Positions 24,971 through 35,553 of a stretch of DNA of 40,622 nt are shown one piece after another. Every line of letters begins with the position of its first letter. The stretch's first letter is position 1. The notes below the pieces were generated by a model. The model ran no database searches. It was not told where the DNA came from and saw nothing but the letters and a program-made list of their open reading frames with translations. Position numbers and translations under genes: made by a program. This DNA comes from Actinomycetota bacterium. GTDB lineage: Bacteria; Actinomycetota; Acidimicrobiia; IMCC26256; JACDBD01. The stretch covers positions 1 through 40,622 of the forward strand of contig JBKPDG010000070.1 in NCBI GenBank assembly GCA_046727755.1, given 5' to 3'.

Positions 24971-26929
24971 ATGGCGATCGACACCGAGGCATCGGCATCG
25001 ACGATGCAGCCCGCGCATCCGCTCGAGTCGCTCACGGCTGACGAGATCGAGACCGCGGTCGCGGTGCTGCGCGCCGACGGGCGACTGACCGACGCCGCCC
25101 GCTTCGCCTACTTCGGACTCGACGAGCCCGACAAGGACGTGGTCGCGGGCTTTGTCGCCGGCGACGCGGTCGAACGACGCGTGCGGGTCGTGATCGTCCC
25201 CGGTCCGGCGGCGGACGTCGTGGAGGCTGTCGTCGACGTGGGCGGTCGCGCGGTGGCGTCGTGGCGCGAGATGCCGGGGATGCGACCGGCGATGCTCTTC
25301 GAGGAGTCGTTCAACGCGATCGTGGCGTTGAACGAGAGCCCCGAATGGCAGGCGGCGCTCGCCCGGCGCGGCATCACCGATCAGAGCAAGGTCCAGATCG
25401 ACCCGTGGCCACCCGGGAGCTTCGGGCTCGCAGTCGAGGAGGGCCGTCGCATCAGCCGCTGCCTCGCCTACTACCGGGAGAGCGACACGGACAACGGGTA
25501 CGCCCGGCCGATCGAGGGCCTGATCGGCATCGTCGACATCGGACGGGGAGAGGTCCTCGAGGTCGCCGACCACGGCGCCGTGCCGCTGCCGCCCGAACGC
25601 GGCGGCTACCTGCGCGACGACGTCGGGCCGATGCGGGACGACCTCAAGCCGCTCGAGATCACGCAGCCCGAGGGACCGAGCTTCACGGTCGACGGCAACC
25701 TCGTGCGTTGGCAGCGCTGGTCGCTGCGCGTCTCGATGGATCCGTACGAGGGGCTCGTGCTGCACACAATCGGCTACGAGGGCGACAGCGAGAACGGCGG
25801 CCGCGTCCGTCCGATCCTGCATCGCGCGTCAGTGAGCGAGATGGTCGTCCCGTACGGGGACACCGGACCGATGCACAACTGGAAGAACGCGTTCGACGCC
25901 GGCGAGTGGGGCCTCGGACGCATGGCGAACTCGCTCACGCTCGGCTGCGACTGCCTCGGCGTCATCCACTACCTCGACGTCACGTTCGGCAACGAGCGCG
26001 GTGAGCCGTACACGATCGAGAACGCCATCTGCATACACGAGGAGGACTACGGCATCCTGTGGAAGCACGTCGATCTGCACGGCGGCACGACCGAGGTGCG
26101 CCGCCAGCGCCGGCTGGTGATCAGCTCGATCGCGACCGTCGGCAACTACGAGTACGGCTTCTACTGGTACTTCTACCTCGACGGGAGCATGCAGCTCGAA
26201 GTCAAGCTGACCGGCGTCATGTCGACGATGGCCGTCGCGGACGGCGGCGGTGGCACCGATGAGGTGAGCAACGCCGAGATGGTCGCACCGCAGCTCGCGG
26301 CGCCGTACCACCAGCACCTGTTCAACGTGCGCCTCGACTTCGACGTCGACGGCGTCACGAACACCGTGTACGAAGTCGACGCTGTGTCCGATCCGGCCGG
26401 CCCCGACAATCCTCTCGCAAACGCGTTCACCACCGAGGTGACACCGCTCGCGAGCGAGCAGCAAGCCCAACGGGTCGTCGACGCGTCACGCAGCCGAATC
26501 TGGAAGATCGTCAACCCGGAAGCGCGCAACCGCCTCGGTCAGCCGGTCGGGTACAAGCTTGTTCCCGCGTCGACACCGACGCTGCTGGCGAGCCCTGAGT
26601 CGAGCGTCGGCCGGCGGGCCGCGTTCGCGACCCGCAACCTCTGGGTCACGCCCTACCGGCCCGACGAGCGGCGCGCCGCCGGCGACTACCCGAACCAGCA
26701 CGGCGGGGGAGACGGGCTGCCCCGATGGACCGCAGCGGACCGGCCGGTCGCCGACACCGACGTGGTGGTGTGGCACACCTTCGGCGTGACGCATATCCCG
26801 CGCCCGGAAGACTGGCCGGTCATGCCGGTCGAGTCCACCGGCTTCCTGCTCGCGCCGGTCGGCTTCTTCGACCGCAACCCGGCTCTCGACGTCCCGCCGT
26901 CGCCGGGGCATTGCGACGGGGCGGAGTAA
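24971..26929 (+). CDS. tynA: Copper/TPQ primary amine oxidase
   Basis: HPLESLT, NAFDAGEWG, TVGNYEY (TPQ Tyr), YHQHLF, THIPRPEDWPVMP. Confidence 0.93.
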   Translation: MAIDTEASASTMQPAHPLESLTADEIETAVAVLRADGRLTDAARFAYFGLDEPDKDVVAGFVAGDAVERRVRVVIVPGPAADVVEAVVDVGGRAVASWREMPGMRPAMLFEESFNAIVALNESPEWQAALARRGITDQSKVQIDPWPPGSFGLAVEEGRRISRCLAYYRESDTDNGYARPIEGLIGIVDIGRGEVLEVADHGAVPLPPERGGYLRDDVGPMRDDLKPLEITQPEGPSFTVDGNLVRWQRWSLRVSMDPYEGLVLHTIGYEGDSENGGRVRPILHRASVSEMVVPYGDTGPMHNWKNAFDAGEWGLGRMANSLTLGCDCLGVIHYLDVTFGNERGEPYTIENAICIHEEDYGILWKHVDLHGGTTEVRRQRRLVISSIATVGNYEYGFYWYFYLDGSMQLEVKLTGVMSTMAVADGGGGTDEVSNAEMVAPQLAAPYHQHLFNVRLDFDVDGVTNTVYEVDAVSDPAGPDNPLANAFTTEVTPLASEQQAQRVVDASRSRIWKIVNPEARNRLGQPVGYKLVPASTPTLLASPESSVGRRAAFATRNLWVTPYRPDERRAAGDYPNQHGGGDGLPRWTAADRPVADTDVVVWHTFGVTHIPRPEDWPVMPVESTGFLLAPVGFFDRNPALDVPPSPGHCDGAE

Positions 26930-27012
26930 CGGCGGCCCAGGACTCCGCCGCCCATGCGAGCAGGGCGGCGGCGTTGACGACGGCGCCGGCGAGCAGGCGG
27001 TCCCGGCCCGAG

Positions 27013-27064
27013 ACCGCGGCCGCCCACTCACCCCGGGGGGAAGGGGAGTGGAGGCGGCCGCGGT
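27013..27064. terminator. Long GC-rich hairpin between convergent genes (candidate bidirectional terminator)
   Basis: ACCGCGGCCGCC (27013-27024) pairs with GGCGGCCGCGGT (27053-27064); inner CACTC/GAGTG pairing. Confidence 0.6.
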
Positions 27065-27079
27065 GCTCGAACATCTCGC

Positions 27080-29641
27080 CTACTCGGCGGCGACGGCCTG
27101 CAGGACGGGGAGCTTCGCGGCGCGTCGCGCGGGGCGGAGCCCGGCGAGCACGCCGGCGATCGCGCCCACCACGAGCAGCACGGCCAGCTGGCCGATCGGT
27201 GCCGTGAACGAGGGTGCGATCATGTCGCCGGTGCCCTCGGACGCGGCCTTCACGAGCGCCCAGCCGAGGAAGACGCCGACGCCGAGCCCGCCGACCGTGC
27301 CGAACACGGCGACGATCACCGACTCCCACCGGATCATCGACCGGAGCTGACGCCGGCTCTCGCCGATCGCCCGCAGCAGGCCGAGCTCACGCGTGCGCTC
27401 GTACACGGACAGCGACAGCGTGTTGGCGATGCCCATCAGCGCGATCAGGATCGCCAGCGCCAACAGGACGTAGACGATGCCGAGCATCATGTCCACGAAC
27501 TGACCGACCGAGTCGGCGTACTGCTGACGGTCCTCGACGTCGGGTGCGTTGTACGCCTCCGCCGTCCGTTCGACGGCCCGTCGTCCGTCCTCGAGGGCGA
27601 CGCCCTTCTCGAGGCTGATGAGCACGGTGTTGTCGACGTCCTGCACGGCATGAGGCGTCCACGCCTCACGCGACAGGACGTAGTTCCCGGCGATGTCGCG
27701 GTTCTCGTAGACGGCACCGACGGTGAACTCCGTCGTGGTCCCGTCGGCGAACGTCACCGGCACCTTCGCGCCCCGCTTCCAGCCTTCGTCGTCCGCGATC
27801 CGCTCCGAGACCGCGAGCTCCTGCGGGCCGAGTGTCTTCACGGAGCCGCTGGTGACGTCGAGGTCGACGACGCCCGCAAGCTGCGCCGGCTCGGCGATGG
27901 TGACGTTCTCGGTGCCGGTGTCGACGAGCGCCCGTCCCCGCCCCAGGCCCGTCGCTGTCTGCACCTCGGGCAGCTGGTCGACGTCGGAGGCGAGCTGCGG
28001 GCTGATCCCACCGCCGCCGAAGCCGCCCTCGGAGATCACGAGATCACCGCGGAACGACTGCGTCACGCTGTCGTCGATCGCCGCCTTGAGCGACGCCGCG
28101 AAGATGGTGAACAGCGTCACCACGCCGACGCCGACCATGAGCGCGGCCGCCGTCCCCGAGGTCCGCCTCGGGTTGCGCATGGCGTTCTGACGGGCAAGCG
28201 AGCCGGTAACGCCCCGGACCCACCGCAGCGGCCAACCGATCACGCTGCTCGCGAGCCGGGCCACGACGGGCCCGAACACGACGACGCCGCCGATCGTGAG
28301 CAGCGCCCCGAGGCCGGCGAGTGCGAGCACGGATTCACCGCCGCTCAGCACGGCGGCCAGCACGACCGCCACGCCGATTGCGGTCAGCGCGACGCCGATG
28401 ACTGCCCGGACCGGGCTCGCCGTGGTGCGCTCGACGGACACGTCGCGGATGGCGGCGAGGGGCGCGACTCGGGACGCCTTGATAGCCGGGGCCACGCCGG
28501 CGACGAGGGTCACGGCGACGCCCACGATCATCCCGATCACGGCCACCGAGGCGTTAAACACCAAGCCACCAGCGGGGAGGGAGAACCCGAAGGCGTCGAA
28601 CATGGCCTTGAGCAGTCCGGCGATACCGAGGCCGCCGACAATGCCGATGGCGGATGCGATGACACCCACCAGCACCGCCTCGACGACGACCGAGGCCAGG
28701 ATCTGGCCGCGCCCGGCGCCGATCGCACGCAACAGCGCCGACTCCCGCGTGCGCTGCGCAACGATGATCGAGAACGTGTTGTAGATGCTGAACGTCGCCA
28801 CCAGCAACGCGACGCCCGCGAACACGGTCAAGAACGTCGTGAACAGATCGAGGAACTCCTCGTTGATGTCAGTCGTGTTCTCTGTGGTGAGCTCCGTTCC
28901 CGTGATCGCCTCGGCGTCCGCGGGCAGCACCCGCTGCACCCGACTCAACAGCTCGTCCTGCGACACGCCCTCATCTGCGTTCACGGCGATGCCACCAACC
29001 TGATCCGTCTGTTTGATCAGGTGCTGCTGCGCGCGCTCGAGATCGAAGGCGGTGAACGTGCTCTGGCCGAGGCCGTCGGCGGAGCCGAACGTGGCGATGC
29101 CCACGATCCTCACCGGCACCGGCTCCGGCGTCTGGACGGTCGTGGTGTCGCCGAGCTTCAGGTCGCCGTCGTCGGCGGCGCCGCGGTTGATCACGACCTC
29201 GTTGTCAGCGCGGGGCGCCCGTCCCTCGACGAGCTGGTACGGGTTGAGATCTTCGTTCTCGATCCAGTTGCCTGCGAGTGTCGGGGGACCGTTGCCGCCG
29301 AGCTTGTCGCCGTCCTTGCCGACGAGCTGACCGAAGCCTTCGACGGTGGGCTCGGCGACGGCGACGCCGTCGACGCCGCGTACGGTGTCGACCACAGACG
29401 CGTCGATGAGCCCGCGCTGGCTGTCGGGTTCACCGGGATCGGTGCTGAGCCTCGACTCGTGGCGAACGACCACGTCGGTGCCCGCGTTCGCCTCCGTGAA
29501 CAGGTTGTCGAAGTTGCCTCGCAGCGTGTCGCCGAGCACGAGCGTCCCGGCCAGGAACGCCACGCCGAGGAACACTGCGAGGAACGTCCCGACGAGCCTG
29601 CGCTTGTGGGCGAGCAGGCCCTTGAACATGACGGTGCCCAT
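27080..29641 (-). CDS. FtsX/MacB-like ABC transporter permease (duplicated architecture)
   Basis: IYNTFSIIVAQRTRESALLRAIGA, RNPRRTSGTA, NTLSLSVYERTRELGLLRAIG, PARRAA. Confidence 0.92.
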   Translation of the reverse strand: MGTVMFKGLLAHKRRLVGTFLAVFLGVAFLAGTLVLGDTLRGNFDNLFTEANAGTDVVVRHESRLSTDPGEPDSQRGLIDASVVDTVRGVDGVAVAEPTVEGFGQLVGKDGDKLGGNGPPTLAGNWIENEDLNPYQLVEGRAPRADNEVVINRGAADDGDLKLGDTTTVQTPEPVPVRIVGIATFGSADGLGQSTFTAFDLERAQQHLIKQTDQVGGIAVNADEGVSQDELLSRVQRVLPADAEAITGTELTTENTTDINEEFLDLFTTFLTVFAGVALLVATFSIYNTFSIIVAQRTRESALLRAIGAGRGQILASVVVEAVLVGVIASAIGIVGGLGIAGLLKAMFDAFGFSLPAGGLVFNASVAVIGMIVGVAVTLVAGVAPAIKASRVAPLAAIRDVSVERTTASPVRAVIGVALTAIGVAVVLAAVLSGGESVLALAGLGALLTIGGVVVFGPVVARLASSVIGWPLRWVRGVTGSLARQNAMRNPRRTSGTAAALMVGVGVVTLFTIFAASLKAAIDDSVTQSFRGDLVISEGGFGGGGISPQLASDVDQLPEVQTATGLGRGRALVDTGTENVTIAEPAQLAGVVDLDVTSGSVKTLGPQELAVSERIADDEGWKRGAKVPVTFADGTTTEFTVGAVYENRDIAGNYVLSREAWTPHAVQDVDNTVLISLEKGVALEDGRRAVERTAEAYNAPDVEDRQQYADSVGQFVDMMLGIVYVLLALAILIALMGIANTLSLSVYERTRELGLLRAIGESRRQLRSMIRWESVIVAVFGTVGGLGVGVFLGWALVKAASEGTGDMIAPSFTAPIGQLAVLLVVGAIAGVLAGLRPARRAAKLPVLQAVAAE

Positions 29642-29644
29642 TGC

Positions 29645-30394
29645 TCAACCTCCCAACTGCTTCATCCGGTCGATGATTGACTCGGCTGTCGGGTCGGCGA
29701 GCTCGCCGACAATCCTCCCGTCGCCGAGGAACACCACGCGGTCCGCGTACGCGGCCGCGACCGGGTCGTGGGTGACGATGACGATCGTCTGCGCAAGGTC
29801 ACTCACGGCCTGCGACATGAACCCGAGGATCTCGGTGCCCGACTTCGAGTCGAGGTTGCCGGTGGGCTCGTCCGCGAAGACGACGTCGGGCCTGCTGGCG
29901 AGCGCCCGCGCGACCGCGACTCGCTGCTGCTGACCACCCGACAGCTCGCTCGGCCGGTGCGTGAGCCGATCCCGAAGCCCGACGGTGTCGATGACGTTGT
30001 TCAGCCAATCGCGATCGGGCTTCCGGCCCGCCAACGCCATCGGCAACGTGACGTTCTCGCGGGCGTTCAAGGTGGGGATGAGGTTGTAGGACTGGAAGAC
30101 GAAGCCGATCCGGTCCCGGCGCAGCACGGTGAGCTGCTTCTCCGAGAGCGAACCGAGCTCGACGTCGCCCAGGTAGACCTCGCCCGAGGTGAGCGTGTCC
30201 AGTCCGGCCAGGCAGTGCAGCAGTGTCGACTTCCCGGACCCGGACGGGCCCATGATGGCGGTGAATCGCCCGCCCTCGAACGACACGCTGACGCCGTCGA
30301 GCGCGCGAATCGCCGCCTCGCCGCGGCCGTACACCTTGGTGGCGCCGTCGGCGCCGGCGGCGACGGTACGGGGTGGTGCAGTCGTGGCAACCAT
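29645..30394 (-). CDS. ABC transporter ATP-binding protein (LolD/MacB-like)
   Basis: GPSGSGKST, LSGGQQQRVAVARAL, ADEPTGNLD, VTHD. Confidence 0.95.
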   Translation of the reverse strand: MVATTAPPRTVAAGADGATKVYGRGEAAIRALDGVSVSFEGGRFTAIMGPSGSGKSTLLHCLAGLDTLTSGEVYLGDVELGSLSEKQLTVLRRDRIGFVFQSYNLIPTLNARENVTLPMALAGRKPDRDWLNNVIDTVGLRDRLTHRPSELSGGQQQRVAVARALASRPDVVFADEPTGNLDSKSGTEILGFMSQAVSDLAQTIVIVTHDPVAAAYADRVVFLGDGRIVGELADPTAESIIDRMKQLGG

Positions 30395-30479
30395 GTCGGT
30401 GCTCCTTCCGTCGATTCCGACGCATCCAGTGTCGGGAACGGGAGGTGCACCGTCGTCCGGCGAGGAGCGACTCTTCGCC

Positions 30480-30523
30480 TGCGCGCTGCGACGTACGGCG
30501 GCGGGCGGGCTACGCCCGGCGTG

Positions 30524-30526
<3 letters not shown>
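30480..30526. promoter_or_regulatory. Degenerate TACG-N8-CGTA boxes upstream of the ABC operon
   Basis: TGCGCG-CTGC-GACGTA (30480-30495) and TACGCC-CGGC-GTGCTA (30511-30526). Confidence 0.4.
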
Positions 30527-31197
<671 letters not shown>

Positions 31198-31201
<4 letters not shown>

Positions 31202-32358
31202 TCTGCCTCCGAGTTGATGGGCAGCCGGGCCCACACGCGGAAGCCTCCGGCAAAGCGCGGCCCCGCTTCAACGCGACCGCCCACGGCCTCCGCTCGCTCC
31301 CGCATGCCGGCGATGCCGTGGCCGGGTGCGCCCGACGCGCCGTTGCCGCCCCGGCCGTCGTCCGTGACCTCGAGCTCGACGAAGGCGGATCGGTAGTCGA
31401 GCGTGACCGTCGCTTCGCGGGCCTGCGCGTGACGAACCACGTTCGTCAGCGACTCCTGCACGATCCGGTAGGCCGCTACGTCGACCGCCGCGGGGAGCGG
31501 GCGCGGCTTGCCGCGGACCCCGACCTCGACCGGGAGCCCGGCGCGCGCCGCCGTCTCCAGCAGTGGGCCGAGCCGAGCGAGGCTGGGCGTCGGGGCCCGG
31601 GGCGCGTCGTGCTCGTCCGCCCGCAAGGGGCCGAGCGTCACTCGAAGCTCGGCCAGCGCTTCGCTGCTGGCGGCCTTGATCGCGAGGAGCGCGTCGCGGG
31701 CCTGCTCGGGCCGGCGGTCCATCACGTGGACGGCCGACCCCGCCTGCACGTTGATGCTGGCGATGCTGTGGGCGATGACGTCGTGGAGGTCACGGGCGAT
31801 GCGCAGCCGCTCGTCCGCCACCCGGCGGCGCGCCTCCTCCTCGCGCGTCTCCTCGAGATAGCGCGCCCGTTCCTCGAGACCTGCGAGGTAGGCCCGCCGG
31901 GTCCGCACGCCGTCACCCCAGAACCAGGCGGCCGCGGCCCAGCCCACGGACAGGAACGGCCACGCGCTCTCGGAGGCCCCGAAGGTGAGCAAGTGGGACG
32001 AGAGCAACGCTGCCAGCGTGACGCCTACCACCACGAGAGACCGGCGCCGTTCGTACGAGACCGCCACCGAGTACGCCATGACGAAGAACGTGAGGTACAC
32101 GGGCCCGCCGGGGTACTCCCGAAGGCTGTACACGAAGAGCAAGGCGGACACGAACGCGAGCCCGGCGATCGGCCAGCGGCGTCGCACCGCGAGCGTCGCG
32201 CCGCTGCCGACGACCAGCGCGTAGCCGACGGCGTCGAGGCTGCGGTCACCGTCGCCGGCCGGGATCTGCGACTCCACCAGCACCAGGGCGACGACGGCGG
32301 CGAGCGCGAGCAGGCAGTCGAGCACCAACGGTCGCCGGATGCGGTCCACGATCGTCAT
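31198..32358 (-). CDS. Membrane sensor histidine kinase (HisKA_3, NarX-like)
   Basis: TM region, ERLRIARDLHDVIAH, YRIVQESLTNVVRHA, DDGRG, GHGIAGMRER; TACCGT 7 nt before ATG32358. Confidence 0.93.
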
Positions 32359-32393
32359 CGTCACCACGGTACGGCGCGCCGTCGTTGGGGGCA

Positions 32394-32434
32394 TCCGTCG
32401 CCGGACGTAGATGTCGCCTACGTCGAGAGGCGTA
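32394..32434. promoter_or_regulatory. Two TACGTC-N4-GACGTA-like boxes between the kinase and the AlkZ-like gene
   Basis: TCCGTC-GCCG-GACGTA (32394-32409) and TACGTC-GAGA-GGCGTA (32419-32434). Confidence 0.6.
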
Positions 32435-32445
32435 CGTTGGCCGCC

Positions 32446-33624
32446 GTGCGCCGCATCTCCGATCGCGAACGGCGAGCGAGGCTGGCCATCCGGCACCACC
32501 TGGCGCCGTCCGCCAAGGCCACGGATGTCGTCGCGCTCGCCGAGCAGATGGTCGGTCTCCACTCGACCGATCCGGCGACCGTGTTCCTCGGCGTCGCCGC
32601 TCGCGTGAAGGACCCCTCGGTCGCCGCCGTCGAGCGGGCGCTCTACGACGACCGCACGCTCGTCCGCACACTGTGCATGCGCCGTACGCTCTTCGTCGTC
32701 CCGGTCGGGCTCGTCCCGATCGTCCAGGCCGCGGTCACCGATGCGCTGGTGCCTCCCGAACGCAAGCGGACCGTGCGGATGATCGAGGAAGCCGGCATCG
32801 CGAAGGACGGGGCGCGCTGGCTGCGCCGAGCCGAGGCCGAGACGGTCGCCGCCATCGAGACGCGCGGCGAGGTCACCGGGGCGGACCTGTCGAAAGCGGT
32901 GCCGCGGCTGCGCAAGCAGATCCCGTACGGCGAGGGCAAGACGTGGGGCGGGAAGCTGGGCATGACGACCCGGGTCCTGTTCCTGCTCGCGTGCGAGCAG
33001 CGCGTCGTGCGCGGCCGCCCGCAGGGCTCGTGGACGAGTACCCGATATCGCTGGGCCCCGATGAAGTCCTGGCTCCCGGACGGCTTTCCGACCTGGAAGC
33101 CCGACGAAGCCCGCGCCGAGCTGGCGCGGCGGTGGCTGGACGCGTTCGGTCCCGGGACGATCGCGGACCTCAAGTGGTGGACGGGCTGGCCGCTGGGCCA
33201 GACACGCCAGGCCGTCGCCGCGCTCGACACCGTCGAGGTCGAGCTCGACGGCGGCGCCACCGGGATCGTGCTCGCCGGCGACGAGGCGCCCGTGCGGCCG
33301 CCGAAGCCGTGGGTTGCGCTGCTGCCGGGCCTCGATCCGACCACGATGGGCTGGGCCGAGCGCGAGTGGTACCTCGGCCCGCACAAGCACGCCATCTTCG
33401 ACACCAATGGCAACGCCGGGCCGACCGTGTGGTGGGACGGACGCATCGTCGGCGGATGGTCGCAGCGCAAGGACGGGGAGGTCGTGTGGCGGCTGCTCGA
33501 CGACATCGGTGCCGACGGACGCCGGGCGGTCGAGCGGGAGGTCGCACGCCTGCGGAAGTGGCTGGCGGGCGCGGTGGTCGTCCCGCGGTTCGCTACTCCG
33601 CTCTTCGACGAGCTGCGCGCCTGA
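32446..33624 (+). CDS. Winged-helix HTH_42 protein (AlkZ/YcaQ-like DNA glycosylase family)
   Basis: GLHSTDPATV, MRRTLF, WLDAFGPGTIADLKWWTG, LLPGLDPTTMGW, PTVWWDGRIVGGW; TACGTT 7 nt upstream. Confidence 0.85.
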   Translation: MRRISDRERRARLAIRHHLAPSAKATDVVALAEQMVGLHSTDPATVFLGVAARVKDPSVAAVERALYDDRTLVRTLCMRRTLFVVPVGLVPIVQAAVTDALVPPERKRTVRMIEEAGIAKDGARWLRRAEAETVAAIETRGEVTGADLSKAVPRLRKQIPYGEGKTWGGKLGMTTRVLFLLACEQRVVRGRPQGSWTSTRYRWAPMKSWLPDGFPTWKPDEARAELARRWLDAFGPGTIADLKWWTGWPLGQTRQAVAALDTVEVELDGGATGIVLAGDEAPVRPPKPWVALLPGLDPTTMGWAEREWYLGPHKHAIFDTNGNAGPTVWWDGRIVGGWSQRKDGEVVWRLLDDIGADGRRAVEREVARLRKWLAGAVVVPRFATPLFDELRA

Positions 33625-33630
33625 CAGCGT

Positions 33631-33665
33631 ATGCCTTGACAGGCACATAACCCATTGGCTATGTT
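33631..33665 (+). promoter_or_regulatory. Sigma70-type promoter of the ArsR operon overlapped by inverted repeats (candidate autoregulatory operator)
   Basis: TTGACA 33636-33641, 18-nt spacer, TATGTT 33660-33665, ATG 6 nt later; IRs TGCCT-TGAC-AGGCA and ACATAACC-CATT-GGCTATGT. Confidence 0.75.
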
Positions 33666-33671
33666 GGACCC

Positions 33672-34007
33672 ATGGCGGCGGCGACCACGTTCGACGTGCT
33701 GGCGGAGCCTCGCCGGCGCGACATTCTCGACCTCCTGCGGGTGCGGGAGCGCTCGGTGGGGGAGCTCGTCAAGGGCGTCTCGCTGAGCCAGCCCGGGGTG
33801 TCGAAGCACCTCCGGGTCCTGCGCGAGGCCGGGCTCGTCGAGGTCCGCGTCGACGCCCAGCGGCGCTGGTACCGGGTACGCGCCGAGCCGCTCGCCGAGA
33901 TCGACGCTTGGCTCGCGCCGTACCGCCGGTTCTGGACCGAGCGGCTCGATGCGTTGGAACGCCACCTCGACGACGAGCCCGAGAACGAGAACGACAAGAA
34001 GGAGTAG
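33672..34007 (+). CDS. ArsR/SmtB family transcriptional regulator
   Basis: FDVLAEPRRRDILDLL, SQPGVSKHLRVLREAGLV, AQRRWY. Confidence 0.92.
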   Translation: MAAATTFDVLAEPRRRDILDLLRVRERSVGELVKGVSLSQPGVSKHLRVLREAGLVEVRVDAQRRWYRVRAEPLAEIDAWLAPYRRFWTERLDALERHLDDEPENENDKKE

Positions 34008-34009
34008 TC

Positions 34010-34573
34010 ATGCCGACGAACTCGACCCCCCAGACGATGGCCGACGGCACGATCGAGGAGGTCGACGGCCGCTACGCGCTGCGCTTCGAGCGCCGGCTCG
34101 GACATCCGGTCGAGAAGGTCTGGGATGCGATCACGCGCCCCGAGCGGATCACGGAATGGTTCGGTGAAGGAGAAGTGGAGCTCGACCTCGTCGAGGGCGG
34201 CACCTTCCGCATCCGCACGACCGGCCCGCCGGAGCTCGTCGAGGCGATCATCGCCGAGGCGGGGGACGTGGCGCTGGTCTCGCACGACACGGTGCTGCGT
34301 GTCGATCCGCCCTACCTCTTCGAGCACACCTTCGGGTCCGACCCCGGTTCGATCGCGCGCTGGGAGCTGCAACGCGACGGCGACGGCACCCTGCTGAGGC
34401 TCACGCACACCGAGCCGCCCGGCTTCAACATCGTCAACGCGCCGCGCGACCTCGGCGGCTGGCACACGGTGCTCGACCGGCTCGCGGGCGTCGTCGACGG
34501 CCGACAGGTCCCGTGGGCCAAAGAGCATTGGGAGGGGCACCGCGACCGGTACGCCGCCAAGCTGGGAGGTTGA
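34010..34573 (+). CDS. SRPBCC/AHSA1 (START-fold) ligand-binding protein
   Basis: [46 protein letters not shown]; AAGGAG RBS. Confidence 0.88.
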   Translation: MPTNSTPQTMADGTIEEVDGRYALRFERRLGHPVEKVWDAITRPERITEWFGEGEVELDLVEGGTFRIRTTGPPELVEAIIAEAGDVALVSHDTVLRVDPPYLFEHTFGSDPGSIARWELQRDGDGTLLRLTHTEPPGFNIVNAPRDLGGWHTVLDRLAGVVDGRQVPWAKEHWEGHRDRYAAKLGG

Positions 34574-34575
34574 CC

Positions 34576-35553
34576 ATGACGCTCGCCATCGAGGCGTCCA
34601 ACCTCGTGAAGTCGTTCGGTGAGACGCGAGCCGTCGACGGCGTCGACCTCGCCGTGCATCCCGGCGCCGTCTACGGGTTCCTCGGCCCGAACGGCGCGGG
34701 GAAGACCACGACCATCCGCATGCTCGCCACCTTGCTCGAGCCCGACTCCGGCACCGCGCGTGTGCTCGGTCACGACATCGTCCGGGACGCCGAAGCCGTG
34801 CGCCGCCGGGTCAGCCTGACGGGGCAGTTCGCGTCGGTCGACGAGGACCTCACCGGCCGCGAGAACCTCGTCCTGCTCGGCCGGCTGCTCGGGTACTCGC
34901 GCCGCCGAACGAGAGCTCGCGCTGACGAGCTGCTCGATGCCTTCGGGCTCGGCCAGGCCGGCAGTCGTCAGGTGAACACGTACTCGGGTGGCATGCGACG
35001 CCGGCTCGACATCGCGGCGAGCCTCGTCGTCACTCCCGAGCTCATGTTCCTCGACGAGCCGACGACCGGCCTCGATCCCCGCAGCCGCAACCAGGTGTGG
35101 GAGATCATCCGGGCGCTGGTCGCCGACGGCACCACGGTGCTGCTCACGACGCAGTACCTCGAGGAGGCCGATCAGCTCGCGGACCGGATCGCCGTGATCG
35201 ACCACGGCCGGGTGATCGCCGAGGGTACGAGCGGTCAGCTCAAGGCCTCGCTCGGATCGGGCGCGTTGCACGTGCGATTGGGCGAGCCCGAACGCAGGGC
35301 CGACGCCGAGCGGGTGTTGACGCACGCGCTGGGCGCTGGCGTGCACCTGGAGTCCGACCCGGCGGCGTTGTCGGCGTCGGTCTCCGATCCCGGTCGTGTT
35401 GGGCGCGCGCTGTCCGACCTCTCCCGCGCCGAAGTGCCCGTGGTCGAGCTCGCGCTCGGCCAACCCAGCCTGGACGAGGTGTTCCTCGCCTTGACCGGCC
35501 GTCCGGCCGAAGAAGCCGACGCAGAGGCAGACCAAGAGGAGGACGCAGCATGA
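34576..35553 (+). CDS. DrrA-like ABC exporter ATP-binding subunit (copy 1)
   Basis: [53 protein letters not shown]. Confidence 0.93.
   Translation: MTLAIEASNLVKSFGETRAVDGVDLAVHPGAVYGFLGPNGAGKTTTIRMLATLLEPDSGTARVLGHDIVRDAEAVRRRVSLTGQFASVDEDLTGRENLVLLGRLLGYSRRRTRARADELLDAFGLGQAGSRQVNTYSGGMRRRLDIAASLVVTPELMFLDEPTTGLDPRSRNQVWEIIRALVADGTTVLLTTQYLEEADQLADRIAVIDHGRVIAEGTSGQLKASLGSGALHVRLGEPERRADAERVLTHALGAGVHLESDPAALSASVSDPGRVGRALSDLSRAEVPVVELALGQPSLDEVFLALTGRPAEEADAEADQEEDAA

Noticed and set aside
26926-27076. Hydrophobic minus-strand stretch (LLAGAVVNAAALLAWAA) as a small gene
   Set aside because: Crosses the terminator-like hairpin and runs into tynA; at most a relic
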